64,000 bases of DNA from an uncultured bacterium (GTDB taxonomy: Bacteria; Babelota; Babeliae; Babelales; Babelaceae): NCBI GenBank assembly GCA_963722385.1, contig CAVRKK010000002.1, positions 1,184,001 to 1,248,000 on the forward strand, written 5' to 3'. A program made the translations under genes and the position numbers. The notes under the pieces are model-generated. The model made no database searches. It saw only the letters and a program-made list of their open reading frames with translations, and was not told the origin of the DNA. Each line of letters begins with the position of its first letter. The first letter of the stretch is position 1. Shown here piece after piece: positions 31,920 to 40,724 of the stretch.

Positions 31920-32312
31920 ATGTCAGTTGATGCGATTGGTGATTTTTTAACGATTATTCGCAATGGGATTAGGGCTTCGCGCCCCTCAGTGAAGGCCCCT
32001 TATTCAAAGCTCAAACATCAGATAGGGACAATTCTCAAGGATGAAGGCTTTATTCGCGATGTTGTTGTTGAGGGCGAAGGGCCTGCGCGAACTATTAAGA
32101 TTTTATTGAAGTATGTTGGTGGTGAATCGGTCGTTCATAATATTCGGCGCTTAAGTAGGCCTGGCCTCCGTGTGTACGAGGGGTACCGAACCTTCCAACC
32201 GGTTATTGGTGGCTTGGGTATCTCAATTGTGACAACAAGCCAAGGGATTATGACCGACAAGAAGGCGCGCGAGGCTGCGCTTGGCGGCGAAATAATCTGT
32301 ACAGTGTGGTAG
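31920..32312 (+). CDS. rpsH: 30S ribosomal protein S8
   Basis: DAIGDFLTIIRN, SRPGLRVY, GGEIIC. Confidence 0.98.
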   Translation: MSVDAIGDFLTIIRNGIRASRPSVKAPYSKLKHQIGTILKDEGFIRDVVVEGEGPARTIKILLKYVGGESVVHNIRRLSRPGLRVYEGYRTFQPVIGGLGISIVTTSQGIMTDKKAREAALGGEIICTVW

Positions 32313-32319
32313 GTGTGGT

Positions 32320-32859
32320 ATGTCAAAAATTGGTAGAAAGCCTATTGAATTATCGGGCGTACAGGTTGAAATCAAAGATGGCGAGGTTCACTACAAGGGC
32401 AGGAAGGCTTCAGGTGTACATGTATTGCCACCAGAGCTTAATGCCACGCTTGATAGTAAAACGCTTAAGTTAACATTGAAATCGGAATCAAAGCACGCTA
32501 ATCAGCTGTGGGGCTTGCACCGGGCATTACTTGCCAATGAACTCAAGGGTGCTGACCAGGGATTTGAAAAGCAGTTGCGTATTGTAGGGCTGGGTTTTAA
32601 AGCTGCTCCGCAGGGACCGAATCTTCAATTTTCGCTTGGCTTTAGCCATAAAGTGGACTTTCCCATGCCTCAGGGGGTTACGGTGGAGATTGATAAATCG
32701 GGCCAGTTGCTCACCTTTAAGTCGACCGATAAAACATTGCTTGGTCTAGTATGCGGTAAGGTACGTGCATTGCGCCCACCTGAGCCTTATAAAGGAACCG
32801 GCATTCAGTATGTTAACGAAGTGATCTTGCGTAAGGCTGGCAAGGCTAAGTCAGCGTAA
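32320..32859 (+). CDS. rplF: 50S ribosomal protein L6
   Basis: MSKIGRKPI, RPPEPYKGTGI. Confidence 0.98.
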   Translation: MSKIGRKPIELSGVQVEIKDGEVHYKGRKASGVHVLPPELNATLDSKTLKLTLKSESKHANQLWGLHRALLANELKGADQGFEKQLRIVGLGFKAAPQGPNLQFSLGFSHKVDFPMPQGVTVEIDKSGQLLTFKSTDKTLLGLVCGKVRALRPPEPYKGTGIQYVNEVILRKAGKAKSA

Positions 32860-32884
32860 AAAATAAGCGATATGGAGTGATACC

Positions 32885-33235
32885 GTGTCTTTTGAAAAGA
32901 AATTAAGATATCGTGCACAACGGAGAAGTCGTAGAGTGCGTGAGCGCTTTAAGCTTGACCGTCCCCGTGTATCTGTCTTTAGAAGCCTGCGCCATATTTA
33001 TGCGCAAGTTATCAATGACAATGAGTCAAGAACAGTGGCAGCGGTTTCATCGCTTGAGCTTAATGAGCCATCAGGTGACAAGAAACAGCGAGCACATAAT
33101 GTTGGGCTGGAGCTTGCACGACGTGCCCGTGCAGAGGGAGTTACAAGGATAGCTTTTGATCGTGGTTCCTTTCGGTATCATGGGCGTGTCAAGGCCCTTG
33201 CCGATGGGTTGCGTGAGGGTGGTCTTGAATTTTGA
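32885..33235 (+). CDS. rplR: 50S ribosomal protein L18
   Basis: RPRVSVFRS, FDRG...YHGRVKALADG.REGGL. Confidence 0.98.
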   Translation: MSFEKKLRYRAQRRSRRVRERFKLDRPRVSVFRSLRHIYAQVINDNESRTVAAVSSLELNEPSGDKKQRAHNVGLELARRARAEGVTRIAFDRGSFRYHGRVKALADGLREGGLEF

Positions 33236-33255
33236 AAGTATGACAGGATTAAATA

Positions 33256-33765
33256 ATGGCTGATAAAACATTTATTGATACCGTTGTTAGCGTGAATCGG
33301 GTTACCAAGGTGACGCAGGGCGGAAAGCGCTTTACGTTTTCTGCTTTTGTTGTTGCTGGTAATCAGGAAGGTGAGGTCGGGACAGGCTTAGCGAAGAGCC
33401 GCGAGGTATCTTCAGCTATAGCTAAAGCGACGGTGCTTGCCCATAAAAATCTTATTACGATGGCTCGCCGGGGCAACACGATCCCTTATGAGGTGATTGG
33501 AAGGCATGGTGCTACGCAGGTAATTATTCGACCAGCTTCCCGCGGGACGGGACTTATTGCTGGTGGCGCTGTGCGTGCGGTAATGAAGGCGTTAGGTATT
33601 ACTGACGTGCTTGCAAAAACGGTTGGACCATCCCGTTGCGGTCAAAATGTGGTAAAGGCGACGTTGAATGCTCTGGCCCAATGCCGCTCTGCTGAGCAGC
33701 TTGCCCAGATGCGAGGAAAGTCGGTTAAAGAAATAGCACGAGGTGGCGGTCATGTTGGCGCTTAA
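33256..33765 (+). CDS. rpsE: 30S ribosomal protein S5
   Basis: RVTKVTQGG, PASRGTGLIAGG. Confidence 0.98.
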   Translation: MADKTFIDTVVSVNRVTKVTQGGKRFTFSAFVVAGNQEGEVGTGLAKSREVSSAIAKATVLAHKNLITMARRGNTIPYEVIGRHGATQVIIRPASRGTGLIAGGAVRAVMKALGITDVLAKTVGPSRCGQNVVKATLNALAQCRSAEQLAQMRGKSVKEIARGGGHVGA

Positions 33766-34195
33766 TAATTTGCGCTCTGCGGGTAAGGCCCGCAAGAGAG
33801 TCGGACGCGGTGGTGCTCGGGGAGCAACTTCCGGGCGGGGTTTTGGTGGCCAAAAGGCGAGAACGGGTGCTGGTGTTGGCGTTCTTTTTGAAGGCGGCCA
33901 GATGCCGTTAACGCGTCGATTGCCTAAGCGAGGCTTTTCGAATGCGCGGTTTGCCAATCGGTTTGACCTTGTTAGCTTGGGTAGATTGAATGATGCTTTT
34001 GATGCGGGTGCCTTGGTGACGTATGAAGCGCTCGTTGAGCATGGGCTCATTAAAAAGAGCACCAAGCGCTACAAGGTGCTTTCTGAAGGAACACTCCTTA
34101 AAAAATTGACCGTACATGCACATGCTTTCAGCGGCGCGGCGCGCCAGGCTATTGAAGAGCATGGAGGCCAGGCTATTGTACTAGGGGAGGTATAA
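33752..34195 (+). CDS. rplO: 50S ribosomal protein L15
   Basis: RVGRG, FEGGQMPLTRRLPKRGF; overlaps the end of rpsE. Confidence 0.98.
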   Translation: MLALNNLRSAGKARKRVGRGGARGATSGRGFGGQKARTGAGVGVLFEGGQMPLTRRLPKRGFSNARFANRFDLVSLGRLNDAFDAGALVTYEALVEHGLIKKSTKRYKVLSEGTLLKKLTVHAHAFSGAARQAIEEHGGQAIVLGEV

Positions 34196-34198
34196 AGC

Positions 34199-35512
34199 GT
34201 GGTCCTTTTAAAGAACATTAAGAATATTTTTTTAATACCAGAGCTTGTAAAAAAGATTGCTTTTACGCTGGGAGTTCTTATTATCTACCGTATTGGTACG
34301 TTTATACCAGTTATTGGTATTAATGTTCCGATGGTCGGGGAGCATATGAAGCAGGCTGGCAGCTTGGGTGGACTGCTCAGTTATTTAGATACGTTTTCGG
34401 GTGGTGCTCTTGAGAACTGTACGATCTTTGCTCTGGGAATTGGACCTTATATTACCGCATCTATTATGATGCAGATGCTGACGATGGCGGTGCCGAAATT
34501 AGAAGCGCTTGCCAAAGAGGGAGATTATGGGCGGCGTATGATTAACCAGTATACGCGCTATCTCGCCGTTATTTTGAGCATAGGGTATAGCTTAGGGTAC
34601 GCTACTTACCTTGAGAATGCTAACCTGGTGTTAACGCCGGGCCTTGCCTTTAAAGCGCTTTTTGTTCTTTCGTTGACGGTGGGTTCTATTTTTGTCATGT
34701 GGCTTGGCGAGCAGATTTCGCTTATGGGAATTGGCAATGGTAGCTCGCTTATCATTTTTGCGGGGATCATTTCGCGGTTTCCTGATTATATTGCCCGAAC
34801 GTTGTACTGGGTCAAGATTGGCAATATGAGTGGCCTCGCTGCTGTCTTTGTGCTTTTGCTGTTTCTTGCGCTTGCTGCCTGCGTTGTCTTCTTGGAAAAG
34901 GGCGATCGCAAAATTCCCGTTCAGTATACGCGGCGTGTTGTTGGGCAGCGTGTCTATGGTGGTCAAACAACCTATATACCCTTTAAGATTAACCCAGCGG
35001 GTGTGATGCCGGCGATTTTATCGTCATCGGTGCTCGGCTTACCGCTTTTTGTAGCTTCCATGTTAGCGCACCGATTTCCAATGTTGAGGGCGGCGACCGA
35101 GGTCTTAAGCGTTAATGGCGTTGTTTATAATATTTTGCAATTTGCGCTTATCGTATTTTTTACGTTTTTCTATACGGCCCTGTTGTTTAACGCCCAGGAG
35201 CTCGCCGACCAGCTGAAAAAAGGTGGTGGGTTTATTCCTATGGTTCGCCCAGGCAAGCAGACGGCTGACTACTTTGATTACGTTTTGACGCGCATTGCAT
35301 TTATTGGGGCTATTTATTTGGGCTTCCTGGCGATTGTGCCCAATGTGGCCATAGCAGCGCTTAAGGTTCCTTTTAATCTTGGGGGGACATCGCTCTTAAT
35401 TGTGGTTGGTGTTGCTCTCGAGACGGCTGCTCAGATTGAAACATATCTTATCGAGCACCGCTATGAAGGATTTTTGACAACGGGCCGGCTCAAAGGAAGG
35501 ACTGCGCGCTGA
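34199..35512 (+). CDS. secY: Preprotein translocase subunit SecY
   Basis: IFALGIGPYITASI, GIGNGSSLIIF, IPMVRPG, GGTSLLIVVGV. Confidence 0.98.
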   Translation: MVLLKNIKNIFLIPELVKKIAFTLGVLIIYRIGTFIPVIGINVPMVGEHMKQAGSLGGLLSYLDTFSGGALENCTIFALGIGPYITASIMMQMLTMAVPKLEALAKEGDYGRRMINQYTRYLAVILSIGYSLGYATYLENANLVLTPGLAFKALFVLSLTVGSIFVMWLGEQISLMGIGNGSSLIIFAGIISRFPDYIARTLYWVKIGNMSGLAAVFVLLLFLALAACVVFLEKGDRKIPVQYTRRVVGQRVYGGQTTYIPFKINPAGVMPAILSSSVLGLPLFVASMLAHRFPMLRAATEVLSVNGVVYNILQFALIVFFTFFYTALLFNAQELADQLKKGGGFIPMVRPGKQTADYFDYVLTRIAFIGAIYLGFLAIVPNVAIAALKVPFNLGGTSLLIVVGVALETAAQIETYLIEHRYEGFLTTGRLKGRTAR

Positions 35513-35624
35513 GATAGATTTTTTGATAAAATTTGGTAAACTTATATCTGATAATCATAAAATTTGGAAAAGGCACTTTTGTTCGATTTTTAGCTTTTGA
35601 AGGCGGGAGAATGAGTTTAGGCGT

Positions 35625-36380
35625 ATGATTACCATCAAAGATAAGCGAGCTCGTGATAAGATGGCAGCTGCAGGGCAACTGCTTGCGCAGGTCTTTGCTG
35701 AGATAGCCCCTTATCTGCGGGAGAATATGAGTACGCTTGATATCGATACGCTGATAGCGCAGGAGCTGAGTCGCAAGAAGCTTGTGTCGCAATCAAAGGG
35801 CTACAAAGGGTATCAGCATGTAAGCTGCATATCAGTTAACGATGAGGTGGTTCATGGTGTACCACGAGCGAGCAAAGTGCTTAAAAGCGGTGATTTAGTT
35901 AAGATTGACGTGTGCGCGTCATTTGATGGCTACTGTGCGGATATGGCACGCTGCTTTTTTGTTGGTCAGCAGGCTCATGCGAGCTCGGAGCGCTTGGTCG
36001 ATGTTGCCTATAAGGCTCTTGACCGAGGCATTGAAAATGCGGTAGTGGGCGGTCGCTTGAGCGATATTTCGGCTGCTATTCAGGAAGAGGTCGAGAAGCA
36101 TGGTTTTGGTGTCGTTAGGGAGTTTGCAGGGCATGGCATTGGACGATCAATGCATGAAGATCCTGAAATAGTAAACTATGGCAAGAGGGGTCACGGGCCG
36201 CTCTTAAAGGCCGGTATGGCATTTGCACTGGAGCCGATGATTACTCTCGGGAACCATGATATTTGTATTTTGTCTGACGGCTGGACAGCAAAGACGCGGG
36301 ATGGTAGTCTGGCAGCACATGTTGAAGATACAATTATTATAACGGAAAATGGTCCACATATTATAACAAGGCTGGCGTAA
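35625..36380 (+). CDS. map: Methionine aminopeptidase type I
   Basis: [32 protein letters not shown]. Confidence 0.97.
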   Translation: MITIKDKRARDKMAAAGQLLAQVFAEIAPYLRENMSTLDIDTLIAQELSRKKLVSQSKGYKGYQHVSCISVNDEVVHGVPRASKVLKSGDLVKIDVCASFDGYCADMARCFFVGQQAHASSERLVDVAYKALDRGIENAVVGGRLSDISAAIQEEVEKHGFGVVREFAGHGIGRSMHEDPEIVNYGKRGHGPLLKAGMAFALEPMITLGNHDICILSDGWTAKTRDGSLAAHVEDTIIITENGPHIITRLA

Positions 36381-36385
36381 AAAAT

Positions 36386-36634
36386 ATGGCCAAGAAGGAA
36401 GATGTTGTCCGTGTTGACGGCATAGTAAAAGAAACGTTACCCAATGCTATGTTCCGCGTTGAGATTGAAGGGGGACATACGGTATTAGGGCATGTTTCGG
36501 GTAAAATGCGTATGAACTATATTCGTATTTTGCCTGGCGATAAAGTTGCTTTAGAGTTGTCGCCTTATGATTTGACGCGAGGAAGAATCGTATTACGGTA
36601 TAAGAGCGAGAAGGCTGAAAAGACAGAGTCGTAG
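36386..36634 (+). CDS. infA: Translation initiation factor IF-1
   Basis: [33 protein letters not shown]. Confidence 0.98.
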   Translation: MAKKEDVVRVDGIVKETLPNAMFRVEIEGGHTVLGHVSGKMRMNYIRILPGDKVALELSPYDLTRGRIVLRYKSEKAEKTES

Positions 36635-36654
36635 AGCTATTTAAAGGATTTAAG

Positions 36655-36771
36655 ATGAAGGTTAGGACATCAGTAAAAGTTATTTGCCGGGATTGCCGCA
36701 TTATAAAGCGCAAGGGCGTTGTGCATGTTAAGTGTACAAAGAGCCCTCGCCATAAGCAGCGTCAAGGTTAA
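36655..36771 (+). CDS. rpmJ: 50S ribosomal protein L36 (below the ORF-track cutoff)
   Basis: Read directly: [38 protein letters not shown]. Confidence 0.97.
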   Translation: MKVRTSVKVICRDCRIIKRKGVVHVKCTKSPRHKQRQG

Positions 36772-36790
36772 ATAAGCTTAAGAGGATCGT

Positions 36791-37177
36791 ATGGCACGAA
36801 TAGAAGGTGTAGAGTTACCTCGCAACAAGCGTATAGAGTACGGATTAACGTATCTTTTCGGGATAGGGCTTACGCGCTCCCGGCTTATTCTTGACAAGCT
36901 TGGTATTAATTTTGATAAGCGGGTGAAGGACTTGGCAGATACGGAAGTCGCCGCTATCCAAAAAGAGGTTGGCAGTTACGCTGTTGAAGGTGATCTTCGA
37001 AAAAGGATCATGGGTAATATCAAGCGGCTTCAAGAGATTGGCTGTTATCGTGGCTTGCGCCATAAAAGGGGATTGCCGGTGCGTGGCCAGAGAACTCGGA
37101 CGAACGCGCGCACACGTAAAGGCCCACGCAAGGCTGGTTCAATTGTAGCCCTTAAGCGTAAAGTAACAAAGAAATAA
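36791..37177 (+). CDS. rpsM: 30S ribosomal protein S13
   Basis: [21 protein letters not shown]. Confidence 0.98.
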   Translation: MARIEGVELPRNKRIEYGLTYLFGIGLTRSRLILDKLGINFDKRVKDLADTEVAAIQKEVGSYAVEGDLRKRIMGNIKRLQEIGCYRGLRHKRGLPVRGQRTRTNARTRKGPRKAGSIVALKRKVTKK

Positions 37178-37185
37178 AGGATAGA

Positions 37186-37569
37186 ATGGCTTATAAGAAA
37201 AAATCCAAAAAGATTAAGCGTCAGGTCGAGACAGCGGTGGTGCATGTGCGCTCTACGTTCAATAACACGCTCGTTTCGATAACGACACCAGAGGGCGATG
37301 TTTTGTTGCGCGGCAGTTCTGGTAAGTTGGGCTTTAAAGGTACGAGAAAGGGAACGCCGTTTGCGGCTACCCAGATCGGCTCCACATTAGCACGTGAAAT
37401 GGCTGTTTTAGGCATCAAAAACCTTGAAATCAACCTTCAGGGGCCTGGATCAGGAAGAGACTCGCTGGTACGTTCATTGCAATCGGCGGGATTTGGCATT
37501 TCGGTGCTTCGCGATGTAACGCCGTTGCCTCATAATGGTTGTCGGCCACCGAAAAAGCGCCGTGTATAA
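37186..37569 (+). CDS. rpsK: 30S ribosomal protein S11
   Basis: STFNNT, DVTPLPHNGCRPPKKRRV. Confidence 0.98.
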   Translation: MAYKKKSKKIKRQVETAVVHVRSTFNNTLVSITTPEGDVLLRGSSGKLGFKGTRKGTPFAATQIGSTLAREMAVLGIKNLEINLQGPGSGRDSLVRSLQSAGFGISVLRDVTPLPHNGCRPPKKRRV

Positions 37570-37606
37570 AACGCATTAGTCTATTTTGCTATAAGTACGG
37601 ATAACG

Positions 37607-38173
37607 ATGGAAAAAAGAACTTCAAATGTGGGAGCGCGTACTGATCGCTCTGAGTCGTCTCGGCCTACAACGAGGACTCGTAAAAAGAGTGAGTATGGTC
37701 GGCAGCTCGAGGAAAAGCAGAAGGTTAAAGAGATGTATGGCATGAGGGAGCGGCAGTTTCGGCGCTTTTTCAGCCTTGCACTTCGCAGTAAAGAAGCGAC
37801 TGGTGAGCGGTTATTAAGCCTTCTTGAGAGCCGATTGGATAATGTGTTATTCCGGCTTAAGTTTGCAACGACACGTCGGCAAGCGCGGCAGATTATTGCG
37901 CATGGGCATGTTTTAGTGAACGGCAATAAAGTATCCTCGCCTTCTTATTTGGTGGCGGTTAATGACGAAATTAGCCTATCCCCGGCGGTAGCTTCTAAAG
38001 AAGCATTTATGCAGCAGGTCGTGGAAAAGCGGCTCCATTCGAGCGGCAAGGTACCCGACTGGCTTGAGCTTGATAGAAAGGCGCGTATGGGGCGGGTATT
38101 ACGGCAACCGGTGCGCTTAGACGTTCAAGCGCCTATTGAAGAATACTTAATTGTTGAGCTCTATTCCAAATAG
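37607..38173 (+). CDS. rpsD: 30S ribosomal protein S4 (atypical short N-terminus)
   Basis: SEYGRQLEEKQK, LESRLDN, ARQIIAHGHV, IVELYSK. Confidence 0.96.
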   Translation: MEKRTSNVGARTDRSESSRPTTRTRKKSEYGRQLEEKQKVKEMYGMRERQFRRFFSLALRSKEATGERLLSLLESRLDNVLFRLKFATTRRQARQIIAHGHVLVNGNKVSSPSYLVAVNDEISLSPAVASKEAFMQQVVEKRLHSSGKVPDWLELDRKARMGRVLRQPVRLDVQAPIEEYLIVELYSK

Positions 38174-38200
38174 AGGTGAGTCTAACTTGTGGGAGATGCG

Positions 38201-39268
38201 ATGGTAACTAAGAAGGATTTTCAGTCCTTGACCCTTCCCCGGCTTACATGGAACAAGGCAATGCTCAGTGAGACCCACGGCGAATTGGTAGCTCAACCGC
38301 TCGAGCCTGGTTTTGGTATAACATTGGGGGGAGCTCTCCGTCGGATTTTGCTTGGGGGAGTGGAAGGATCCGCCGTTACCGGGGTGATCATTAAGGGTGT
38401 TAATAATGAGTTTTCCGTTATTGACGGAATAATTGAGGACGCTATGCAAATAGTGCTCAATTGCAAAGAAATTATTGTAAAGAATAAAACGGGTCAGCCG
38501 GGCAAGATGCACCTTGTGGTTTCAGGGCAGGCAGCAGCTACGGTGGGCGATATTAAAGCTGACGAGCACCTTGAGCTTTTAAATAAAGATCATGTGATTG
38601 CGCATGTCGCGCAGGGTGGCGTTCTGGATATCGAGTTTTTTGTGGATGCGGGACGTGGATATCAGCCAGCGCAGTGGCCGATCGGCAAAGCACTCCAGGA
38701 AGACAATAGAATTTATCTTGATGCTATGTTTTCGCCGGTGCGCCAGGTTACGTATGGCGTAGAAAAGACCCGCGTTGGTCGTGATATCGATTATGATAAG
38801 CTGACCATTAATATAATAACGGATGGTACGCAAACTCCCGTAGATGTTTTGCACTATGCGGTGTCGGTGCTTCGGACCCAGCTTGAGCACTTTTTGGCTT
38901 TGCCAGAAATTCCATTTAATGAAATTTCTCGCCAACAAGCCGACAATGGTCAGGAGGCAACCGACCAGGGCCAGGACTCGAAATACAAGGGGGTTCCGCT
39001 TGACCTGCTGTTCAAGCCTATTGACGTTCTTGAGTTTCCTGCACGTGCCCACAACTGCTTGGCCAAGGCTGGCATTAAGCGCATTATTGATCTGGTCAAT
39101 CTATCAGAAGACGAAGCTTTGAAAATTAAGAATTTTGGGCGCAAGTCTTTTGACGAGGTCAAAGAAGCAATGAAGACCTTTGGGCTTTCTTTTGGTATGG
39201 GTATCAAAGAGGCCGAGGTTAAGAAATTATATGGCAAAGAGGTTGATTATGATGCATCAGAGCGGTAG
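38201..39268 (+). CDS. rpoA: RNA polymerase alpha subunit
   Basis: PLEPGFGITLG.ALRRILL, DAMFSPV, CTD RAHNCL, NFGRKS; start could be GTG at 38189. Confidence 0.98.
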   Translation: MVTKKDFQSLTLPRLTWNKAMLSETHGELVAQPLEPGFGITLGGALRRILLGGVEGSAVTGVIIKGVNNEFSVIDGIIEDAMQIVLNCKEIIVKNKTGQPGKMHLVVSGQAAATVGDIKADEHLELLNKDHVIAHVAQGGVLDIEFFVDAGRGYQPAQWPIGKALQEDNRIYLDAMFSPVRQVTYGVEKTRVGRDIDYDKLTINIITDGTQTPVDVLHYAVSVLRTQLEHFLALPEIPFNEISRQQADNGQEATDQGQDSKYKGVPLDLLFKPIDVLEFPARAHNCLAKAGIKRIIDLVNLSEDEALKIKNFGRKSFDEVKEAMKTFGLSFGMGIKEAEVKKLYGKEVDYDASER

Positions 39269-39608
39269 AAGAAAGCTTAACCTTGATTCGGGGCATCGTA
39301 AAGCGCTTCTTCGTAACCAGACCATTTTACTTATTACACATGGTCACCTAACGACTACTAAGGCGCGTGCGCAAGAGGTACGTAAGTTTGCTGAAAAGCT
39401 CGTTACTCTCGCGCGTGAGGGCAATACTTTTAACGCCCGTCGCCGCGCCAAAGCATTATTGCCTTACAAGGAAGAAGCTTTGGTTAAGCTTTTTAATGAA
39501 ATAGCGCCCCGCTATACAAGTCGCCCAGGCGGGTATACGCGACTTATACGGCTTGGTAAGCGAGCAAGCGATACGGCTCAGGTCGCTCGCCTTGAATGGG
39601 TAGTATAA
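39249..39608 (+). CDS. rplQ: 50S ribosomal protein L17
   Basis: HRKALLRN, TTTKARA, RPGGYTR; ATG at 39249 overlaps rpoA. Confidence 0.97.
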   Translation: MMHQSGRRKLNLDSGHRKALLRNQTILLITHGHLTTTKARAQEVRKFAEKLVTLAREGNTFNARRRAKALLPYKEEALVKLFNEIAPRYTSRPGGYTRLIRLGKRASDTAQVARLEWVV

Positions 39609-39617
39609 TTGGAATTT

Positions 39618-39655
39618 TAATTAACAAAGCGGAAATTAATCCGCTTTGTTAATTA
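39618..39655. terminator. Bidirectional intrinsic terminator
   Basis: TAATTAACAAAGCGGA-aattaa-TCCGCTTTGTTAATTA, a 16-bp perfect stem between convergent genes. Confidence 0.8.
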
Positions 39656-39680
39656 TGCTAATAGCTATCGAGTTATTCTA

Positions 39681-40109
39681 TTACCAACTCATTTCTCTTC
39701 CCGAGCGGTAACCTTTTACAAAGCCCTTACCGGCCCCGCGCATTTTGCCGTGACGTAAGCCAGTCTTGTAGCCATGTTTATAGCCCTTCATGTAGGCTCT
39801 AGCTCTCTTTGCTACCTGTTTTCGCACCATTTTCTTTGCCGTGCCTACGGCCTCTTCGACCTCCGAAGGGTACATCAATACATGGGCTGCGGCTTCACCT
39901 GGTCGTACTAAAACAGGTTCTTTGGCCGTCCACGTCATCCCTTCTTCTTCCATTTGCCTTCTTGCTTCGGCTGATTCGGGCAATTCAGCCCGACCAAGTG
40001 CTGCTTCACGTCGATGCCTCATCGACATAGCCGACTCACCTGGCATTTGCGAGTAAAGGGCTGATGACAACGCGGTGCTGAGTAAAAATGCAATTGCTAG
40101 CTTCTTCAT
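39681..40109 (-). CDS. Small secreted protein (MKKLAI cassette family), basic Gly/Tyr/Lys-rich C-terminus
   Basis: AAGGAG RBS, MKKLAIAFLLSTALSSALYSQ. Confidence 0.8.
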   Translation of the reverse strand: MKKLAIAFLLSTALSSALYSQMPGESAMSMRHRREAALGRAELPESAEARRQMEEEGMTWTAKEPVLVRPGEAAAHVLMYPSEVEEAVGTAKKMVRKQVAKRARAYMKGYKHGYKTGLRHGKMRGAGKGFVKGYRSGREMSW

Positions 40110-40163
40110 AGGAAATCTCCTTGTTTATATGGTTGTTTCGGTTATTAATATTCTCTAAATTTG

Positions 40164-40316
40164 TTATTCTTGTACGACTATATCACCATCTTGCTCTACT
40201 GTAACAACAGGTGGTTCTGGTAGGTACGCTTCTTCTGGTGATAGCACATGAATCTGAGCGGCAAGGGTAGGTACCAATATGAGGCTCAGTAAAAGTCCAA
40301 TTGCTAGCTTTTTCAT
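40164..40316 (-). CDS. 50-aa secreted peptide (MKKLAI cassette family; below the ORF-track cutoff)
   Basis: Read directly: MKKLAIGLLLSLILVPTLAAQIHVLSPEEAYLPEPPVVTVEQDGDIVVQE*; GGGAGA RBS. Confidence 0.75.
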   Translation of the reverse strand: MKKLAIGLLLSLILVPTLAAQIHVLSPEEAYLPEPPVVTVEQDGDIVVQE

Positions 40317-40333
40317 AGAAATTCTCCCTTGTT

Positions 40334-40576
40334 CTAGGTTTCATGAGGATTAGGCTCGACTAACTCCTGGCTTTCCCATTTTTCGACGGGGAAGGGAGGA
40401 GCTACGATTACTTCCCTACCTTCTTCGATTGCCCCAGGCCGTTCCCACCGTTCAGGAACTACGGTTATACCTGCGGGCGCCTCTGGTTCTAATACTGATG
40501 CACCTGTACGAATCTGCGCGTGAAGGGCAGATGATAGCGCGGCAGTCAGTAAAAGTATAATTGCTAACTTTTTCAT
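40334..40576 (-). CDS. 80-aa secreted peptide (MKKLAI cassette family)
   Basis: AAGGAG RBS, MKKLAIILLLTAALSSALHAQ, Pro/Glu-rich mature part. Confidence 0.8.
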   Translation of the reverse strand: MKKLAIILLLTAALSSALHAQIRTGASVLEPEAPAGITVVPERWERPGAIEEGREVIVAPPFPVEKWESQELVEPNPHET

Positions 40577-40724
40577 AGAAATCTCCTTTTGTTTAACTGG
40601 ATGTTTCTATTATTATTTATATCAGAAATTAATTATCAAATTCAATAGTTTTTATTATATTATAAACATTATTAGCCGCAGGAATTTTTTTCAGGGGGCA
40701 AGTGTGGAGTTGGAACAACTTTAG

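Noticed and set aside
21127..39608. Many 60-190 aa antisense or alternate-frame ORFs over the ribosomal cluster
   Set aside because: Shadows of conserved genes with no RBS or recognisable motifs
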